Positions 15,301 to 18,539 of a stretch of DNA of 18,539 bases are shown in pieces. Below the pieces are notes generated by a model. The model was not told the DNA's origin, ran no database searches, and saw nothing but the letters and a program-made list of their open reading frames with translations. The DNA comes from an archaeon (GTDB taxonomy: Archaea; Iainarchaeota; Iainarchaeia; Iainarchaeales; CSSED10-239): NCBI GenBank assembly GCA_041677685.1, contig JBAYPN010000015.1:1-18539 (forward strand), given 5' to 3'. Position numbers and translations under genes: made by a program. Numbering within the stretch: position 1 is the stretch's first letter; each line of letters begins with the position of its first letter.

Positions 15301-17367
15301 AAACAAGGAGTGTCAAATGATTTTAATGTATGTTATATTCCACAAAATGATCAGATCTATAATCTGGTTGGAAAAGACATAATTGTAAGTGCAAGAAGTA
15401 TTTATTCTACAAGTCTTAAAGCAGGAAATGTTGGACAAAGAAAGTCTGAGGCAACCATCCATTTGTCAAGTTGCGGAGTTACACCTGTTGATGTTTTAGA
15501 GATTGTAAGTAACAAGGTGGTTGCTGCTAACAAGGATGGTGGTTCTGCACAAGACACCTATTATGCTTTGGTTGATTGGAACAGATCATATAACCCTACA
15601 GACACAGAGACTTTGTGTGACACAATAAATAAGTATATTGAGAAAAATCCAAGCTCTAGTTTATTTTTTGACTATAAGTTAGAAAATTGTAATACTGGAA
15701 AGACTAAGGCTGAAAAGGAAGCTAAAAACAATAAAGCAATAAATAATGCTTTGACTAAATATTTTGTACCATGTATGGCAACCTGTACAGCTTGTACTGC
15801 TGGGACAAATGCTATTTTTGGGATGGTGCCTGTTTTGGGGCAGATCAAGTTGTTGTCAGGGGTAGTTGTTGATTGTGGAATTTTTGCTTGCGGTTTACCA
15901 TCAGCAAGCATATATTTGAATACTGTTACTGGAAAGGGATTTTCAGATTTTATTGATGGTTGGTTAACAAAGTTATTTATTGGAGAACAAAATAAACAAA
16001 CAGGCACAGAGATTCATCTTGCTAGAAGTGTTGTTGGGGGAATTGAGGGGATGAGTACCTGGATTGCAGAAGTCTTTAATGGAACAAATCTTGAGAGTCC
16101 TGGGGCAACAACACTTGGTATTGGGACTGCACAGGCACTTTCAGGGTCAAGGATGGTAAAAGCAACTCCACTTGGTTTTGAGAAGGGAGCTTCTTCTGTC
16201 TTAGAAGGAGTTTCAGGGACTTTAACTCCTGTAGGGGCAGTGGTTCCAACACCTCCTGTAACTCCACCTCCTGTAACTCCTCCGATAGTTACAAATGTTC
16301 CACATACAGTTGATGCAAGACTTGGAAAATATGTAAGTTACATGAACGGAACAAGCACTTCCTATTCCTTTGTTCCACATGATCCTGCGATGGCTGCAAG
16401 AATTTTGCCAAGAGTAACAAATACTGCTGGAGCATACATACCTAGTCAAATTGAGAGTTTGACAGCAAGTGAGTTAGATGACTTGGTTTCACTTATAAGG
16501 AATGGGACTTTTTCAAAAGCAAGGCCTAATCTTTTTGCATTAAATCCAAGCTCTTTGGCTAGTCAAGTAGAAACATTTGCAATTAAAAAATATCCAACAC
16601 ATCCCTTTACCTTTGGAGTTGGGGCAACAGCTACAACACCTCCTGCAGGAACAGCAGGAACACCTGGGGGAGCTGGGGCAACAGCCTTAGAAGGAATCTC
16701 ACAAGTAGAGTATGATGATCTGTTAAATACAATAGAGACCCAAAAGGCAGAAATTAAAGGTAATCTAGATAAAATTACTGCTGAGAAAGCAAAACTTACA
16801 GATCTACAAGATGGTTCTAAAAAATGGTACCAGAAACATAAGAAAGCAACAGGAACTAAAAAAGCACTTACAAGACTTGAGGTAAATGCAAAGCCACTAG
16901 AAGACGCTATGAAACAATTAGATGATCTAGAAAGAGCATTAAAGCCAGGGGGAACAAGATTAACTCCAACTGTTGTAGATGCTGCAGGAAACCCAAAAAT
17001 CCCAATTAATGATGCTATTAAAAATCAGATTACTGATTTAGAAAGTTCTGTGGTAAGAAAAGCAAAAGTAAAGTTTAGTGCAAAATTAGCAAATTTTGGG
17101 GCAGGAATGTTTAGGGCTCTTGCTTGTGGAATTTTAGGGAATGTTGCTGGAAGTAATGTTTTAACAGATACTGGAATTACAGGTTTAGATCATTCTGTGT
17201 TAATCAACGATAATGTTAATTTTAATAGAAACACATTATATAAGGTTGACATTATAGACAACCAAGACTCACAAGATCCAAATAACAAAAGTAGATATGA
17301 TTTAAAGATAGAAAGCTATGTTGGTTCAACATCTAATAATCAGAGGATAGATAATTGTTCTAAATAG
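9361..17367 (+). CDS. giant membrane-anchored surface protein (2,668 aa from ATG 9361, or 2,673 aa from TTG 9346)
   Basis: One uninterrupted ORF of 8 kb. The features in order are:
- a basic N-terminus followed by one TM helix (PPFILFGSILLIIILLVLFLFVF, nt ~9508-9576)
- about six tandem ~85-aa beta-sandwich repeats resembling CarboxypepD_reg/PEGA domains (nt ~9595-11100), with one more at ~12170-12440
- Ig-like modules with a PapD/ASH/CARDB-like pattern (~12440-13980)
- an N/Y/G/S low-complexity segment (12838-13030)
- a Cys-containing distal region
- a compositionally distinct C-terminal module (15772-17367)
No enzymatic motif was recognised. Confidence 0.85.
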   Translation: MGKEEKKRNNFFSKIYSSLEKGYYNFSNWLTKKGINLNALNKKLENKGVPPFILFGSILLIIILLVLFLFVFNVNATSEIKFSIQGSDNKSINDASLVIKDVKGKKVFSGTVNNNDVIKINLKPGKTYSFSAMKDGYKPFNKDFLIESKEDLIVIVFNEIIQNGILQIKIIDSQDKRIVANALVTVSYLLDGKRTEISGKPDKNNFYDVNLQVPINKDIELIVSADKYQDHKETIRLNSEAETRNIELVFNSGLLEGKSRITFVVNDEAGELLNDSIVEVYNLSDQLIAQNRTVDGRAIIDVDSGSTINYKVSKEEYRTFVSDPLISFKILNKEEIINITLKKGGSSLKVKILDSISFNLLQDASVSIYDQNQSLLDNKTTDLSGTINFQGLETNSEFIVVGCKQNYFCESKKVSLINFSELELRLEEININNSAILEVFVVDFKNLPVDNAKIKIFEIKDEIEYPYNDEPFVLDATGGLSLPLKVGSKYLVYAYVGDVEDYQYITISNKLQNRIIFTIEQSSKILTLDLLDSFGQKISSGHVSISAKDGTILYDSDINSALDDIMFRTDGYSDFILNYTDSNGVTTTGTLSANDADSANHLGFKLNPKVVGDFPIIDFVGIQNSRGEKINYISPNNDYYLIFDVIVPQGTTKAGVHIRAGEDTVTDSENQSYGITGFMADTTNFTYSTTYNPLPEPGSQSIDVLNQGNAGNINKWIELKWDNKLGVTNKQIKIKVKAIDSSTFKPKFKYRAWVERDFEVYRDPQDSTLQKKYSTNNRQQLYADTKEITVELFDVPAECKDDICVSYSFIDSDGISYSKEDFFALKGDVFALEATLYSNKNRVIKLNTKTSTTQPAISFISADEGTLAFPTNFNLGTISELELNKDGINLRAGERNKVYTYFVSKAIGVSYIDSKFILEDDSALEQRLSFEVLDKRYLRILFNPDLILPFGSKLELEVFDSANGNPIENAFIKIEDEQGQFIRLIKGDRLNGRAGKYVINSDFVVNKLNLTISAYGYVPFTKQLLIADDSVLVAPKEVLINLGVDQISQTVNFNLENISDTSVTDIYVGEPVWVNGADTLTLDVRGPPSVTKKNKINFQAIATVSKDALFDSAYANVPIYGLVGNRQVATVVSIRINRGLIVDDCLVIAPKKIDTFVGLNTNFNYDDYYGAGDYQDFIGSQNLNYTPNQSYNTGYGGSIPGSSNSNSNYNYYNDGFNRYINNFITSRAGASENTVVFTIQNKCEQIVFLNPKLVPISSNSNNDLEIILNQLTILPGEEKLYDVLIKNTSDREQIKKYKFNILWENSFYNLSPTELNVDLIDVSKALWVAPTQLQIYLSQTTEQQPAITSTRIMIKNIGNVPITDIQISTYPQIKSANIGVTEYPREIKILEPGKRVPVDLKFTVNINRATLEDMYFVVTGKAAGVKNPVFAKTTAYFLISSPNCLKISPKNLDFTLNLGEKKARNISINNQCAEPVAIVGIDKRLGSYQQAFGNNAVSLVPTSGMGVIPPNGFADFSFSITANAYGGQPKVPVTIIGQALNSGNYVTSESTLVSLNILSKDQDEQNDFLQSFEVTLPVCNNPSESKTVYMPLISVNDCTGRDGYCDSYGASELILSKIDEMYGKIQTVAAHSQNQLLKTGCSVQKALQGYCPISDLGGDLGPVEFDVYLQNDSLSYDLVKEILSKSDYKFKKYFVDVAVPNSNLTGYGTYQYGGKINIPNLSGCGKYKLELNAFIGANQDSIFPNRVNFLVNLVSYKQTEQCEKSIENYLNYLPWDIDLTKNKSKGTWLTVFSGDENVAKEILSGVSKFEKNDNRYVKGNIPSTKQNHLNIRVGKINEDQEALAKIYFNDLQKSPSSKPEQLNIVINNRYAISGTSQLPEKVLTDAKILINNFISKTDYTENCISENLDYMLILKVIKAGRLEFDPKEKTSVVLVDKVCTDLNIVSDILENVVLNLKAPNDLNTWFEYRNKKYDSLGLDLKQGVSNDFNVCYIPQNDQIYNLVGKDIIVSARSIYSTSLKAGNVGQRKSEATIHLSSCGVTPVDVLEIVSNKVVAANKDGGSAQDTYYALVDWNRSYNPTDTETLCDTINKYIEKNPSSSLFFDYKLENCNTGKTKAEKEAKNNKAINNALTKYFVPCMATCTACTAGTNAIFGMVPVLGQIKLLSGVVVDCGIFACGLPSASIYLNTVTGKGFSDFIDGWLTKLFIGEQNKQTGTEIHLARSVVGGIEGMSTWIAEVFNGTNLESPGATTLGIGTAQALSGSRMVKATPLGFEKGASSVLEGVSGTLTPVGAVVPTPPVTPPPVTPPIVTNVPHTVDARLGKYVSYMNGTSTSYSFVPHDPAMAARILPRVTNTAGAYIPSQIESLTASELDDLVSLIRNGTFSKARPNLFALNPSSLASQVETFAIKKYPTHPFTFGVGATATTPPAGTAGTPGGAGATALEGISQVEYDDLLNTIETQKAEIKGNLDKITAEKAKLTDLQDGSKKWYQKHKKATGTKKALTRLEVNAKPLEDAMKQLDDLERALKPGGTRLTPTVVDAAGNPKIPINDAIKNQITDLESSVVRKAKVKFSAKLANFGAGMFRALACGILGNVAGSNVLTDTGITGLDHSVLINDNVNFNRNTLYKVDIIDNQDSQDPNNKSRYDLKIESYVGSTSNNQRIDNCSK

Positions 17368-17421
17368 TTTTTTTTAATTTTTCTTTTTAGATTTTAATTT
17401 TTCTTTTTAGATTTTAATTTT
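17368..17421 (+). terminator. T-rich 20-bp tandem repeat (about 2.5 copies) immediately after the giant gene, candidate terminator
   Basis: A T8 run starts right after the TAG stop. The unit (A/T)TTTTAATTTTTCTTTTTAG occurs at 17371-17390 and 17391-17410, with a partial copy at 17411-17421. Each unit carries T4-T5 runs. Confidence 0.45.
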
Positions 17422-17577
17422 ATTATAAAGTATTTTTCTTATTTTGGTGTACATGCTTATGTTTGTTTTCAAGATATAAAAAAAATAAGGAAGCTAGGCA
17501 TAAAACTTCAACCATCTCTATTTATAAACTTTTTCATAATATATATTATTAATTTTATTAAAAATTATATATTTTTT

Positions 17578-17582
17578 AGGAG
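17578..17582 (+). promoter_or_regulatory. Shine-Dalgarno site AGGAG for the pilin-like gene
   Basis: AGGAG lies 8 nt upstream of the ATG at 17591. Confidence 0.6.
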
Positions 17583-17590
17583 TATTTAAT

Positions 17591-18539
17591 ATGTTTGAAT
17601 TATTTAAGAATAGTAAGGGTCAGATTTCTGTTGAAGTTTTGACAATTGTTGGAATATTAGTTATTGGTGGAATTATTTTTGGAGTGTTTTATTTATCTCA
17701 GATTAATAGAAGTATAGATGATGCTGATCAATTAGACACTAGTATAGGCGATCAATTTGGAGAGGTTTTGACACCTGTGGGAATGGGTAATATTCTTCCA
17801 ACTTGTTCTGATAATATACAGAATGGACTAGAGCAAGGTGTAGATTGTGGAGGTCCTTGTCCACCGTGTGTAATTTCTGGTGATGATTGTGGGGATGGTT
17901 ATTGTGATGTTCTTGGGGGAGAATGTGATACTTGTCCTCAAGATTGTATAAATAATGAGTGTGATCCAATTCCAACAACTTTTCTTTTAGAAGTAGATCC
18001 TGAGAGTTACACAGGATTTGTTGGACAGACTTATTATGGTCCTGAAGTTACTATTATTTTAAATCAATCTTCTAGTGTTGATTTGTCATTAAAGGTTGAA
18101 AAAAATAATGCTTTAAATAATTTAATAATTACAGATGAATGTACTTATGATGGTATCCAAATTAATGGTAATACTTTTATTGGAAATTACACTTCTGATG
18201 CTATTTTCTTTAAAAATATTGTATGTTCTCAAGAAGACACTTATTATTTCACATTTACTGGTGATGATGGTGAATATCAGATTATAAGACCATTCGAATA
18301 CACAACAACCTCAGATATCACTCCTCCAGGAAACAACAATTATGCTCTATGTTCAACTTCTGCTCTTTCAGGAGGCTCTGATACTTTAAGAGTTTGTTTA
18401 AATGATTATACAACTACTTTAGACTTAGGTGGTTCTGACTATTTAACAATCTATGTTAACCAACCAGATGCTTTAGAAAATAATTGTAAGCTTACTTCAA
18501 AGGGTAGCAAGATTTGTGTGTATGTTGGTAATAGTTGGA
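17591..18539 (+). CDS. archaeal type IV pilin-like protein with class III signal peptide and a Cys-rich module (3'-truncated by the window end)
   Basis: This ORF is not in the supplied track because it has no stop inside the window. I translated it by hand and it stays open for 316 codons from ATG 17591. The N-terminus is MFELFKNSKG/QISVEVLTIVGILVIGGIIFGVF. That matches the archaeal prepilin (class III, DUF361-type) signature: a short basic leader, KG, then Q-x-S-x-E and a hydrophobic helix. A 10-Cys module follows (nt 17804-17962), and then a beta-rich region. Confidence 0.8.
   Translation, partial: MFELFKNSKGQISVEVLTIVGILVIGGIIFGVFYLSQINRSIDDADQLDTSIGDQFGEVLTPVGMGNILPTCSDNIQNGLEQGVDCGGPCPPCVISGDDCGDGYCDVLGGECDTCPQDCINNECDPIPTTFLLEVDPESYTGFVGQTYYGPEVTIILNQSSSVDLSLKVEKNNALNNLIITDECTYDGIQINGNTFIGNYTSDAIFFKNIVCSQEDTYYFTFTGDDGEYQIIRPFEYTTTSDITPPGNNNYALCSTSALSGGSDTLRVCLNDYTTTLDLGGSDYLTIYVNQPDALENNCKLTSKGSKICVYVGNSW

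Noticed and set aside
11868-16449. Minus-strand ORFs within the giant gene (11868-12050, 12090-12380, 13763-13963, 15672-16007, 16076-16267, 16222-16449)
   Set aside because: They are antisense to an 8-kb uninterrupted ORF. The cluster at 15672-16449 coincides with the locally G+C-richer C-terminal module, where stop codons are rarer in all frames. The peptides are low-complexity (for example RRSYRRWSYRR).
15772-17367. Polymorphic-toxin C-terminal domain with a downstream immunity gene
   Set aside because: I recognised no toxin motif (nuclease, deaminase or peptidase) in the final ~70-aa polar tail. I saw no pre-toxin motif or Rhs/YD-type repeats either. The downstream gene is a large pilin-like secreted protein, not a small cytoplasmic immunity-type protein.
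14-17421. CRISPR array interpretation of the tandem repeats at 14-66 and 17371-17421 and the direct repeat at 6595-6688
   Set aside because: The repeats are directly abutting (no unique spacers) or present only twice. They are 20-30 bp of very low complexity, and no cas genes are present.
17739-17978. Minus-strand 79-aa His-rich ORF (HHNNHPHNHHQKLH)
   Set aside because: It is the antisense of the Cys/Asp/Gly-rich module of the pilin-like gene. The + strand frame has an SD site and a class III signal peptide and remains open to the window end, so the + strand reading is preferred.
1-18539. Prophage, virus or mobile-island interpretation (suggested by the fibre-like proteins and nucleases)
   Set aside because: There is no integrase, capsid, portal, terminase or transposase, no tRNA attachment site and no flanking long direct repeats. 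Housekeeping-type htpX is interleaved, and composition is uniform apart from the giant-gene 3' end.

Overview
The window is strongly AT-rich (roughly 30% G+C by eye) and looks archaeal. I call nine protein-coding genes, all on the + strand. None of the minus-strand ORFs in the track looks real. The archaeal call rests on five observations: (1) an archaeal class III (prepilin-type) signal peptide, KG/QISVEVL; (2) a NurA-like nuclease; (3) AGGTGAT and AGGAG ribosome-binding sites complementary to the 16S 3' end; (4) TTATATAT boxes about 26 bp upstream of first-gene ATGs; (5) oligo-T tracts without hairpins after genes. The gene content (giant surface protein, small housekeeping set) fits a small-genome DPANN-like episymbiont, but that is inference.

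Gene order:
- a beta-CASP metallo-beta-lactamase-fold nuclease (209-1201)
- a tight three-gene operon of paralogous secreted fibre-like proteins (1304-5477)
- an HtpX/M48 membrane protease (5583-6482)
- a NurA-like nuclease (6701-7780)
- a small winged-helix regulator (7975-8436)
- a 393-bp pyrimidine-rich non-coding gap
- a 111-aa polytopic membrane protein (8830-9165)
- a 2,668-2,673-aa membrane-anchored giant surface protein (9361-17367)
- a 3'-truncated pilin-like gene, absent from the ORF track because it runs off the window (17591 to beyond 18539)

The most interesting content is an uncharacterised cell-surface module. It has three parts: the triplicated fibre-like proteins, which have 11-residue repeats and divergent four-cysteine C-terminal heads; the giant multi-beta-sandwich protein, whose C-terminal about 530 aa differ in composition (hydrophobic Gly/Cys-rich segments, Pro/Thr linkers, a coiled coil and a terminal hydrophobic segment); and the adjacent cysteine-rich pilin-like protein. 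I found no rRNA, tRNA, CRISPR array, transposase, integrase or reverse transcriptase. All functional calls come from motifs read by eye, and no database search was run.
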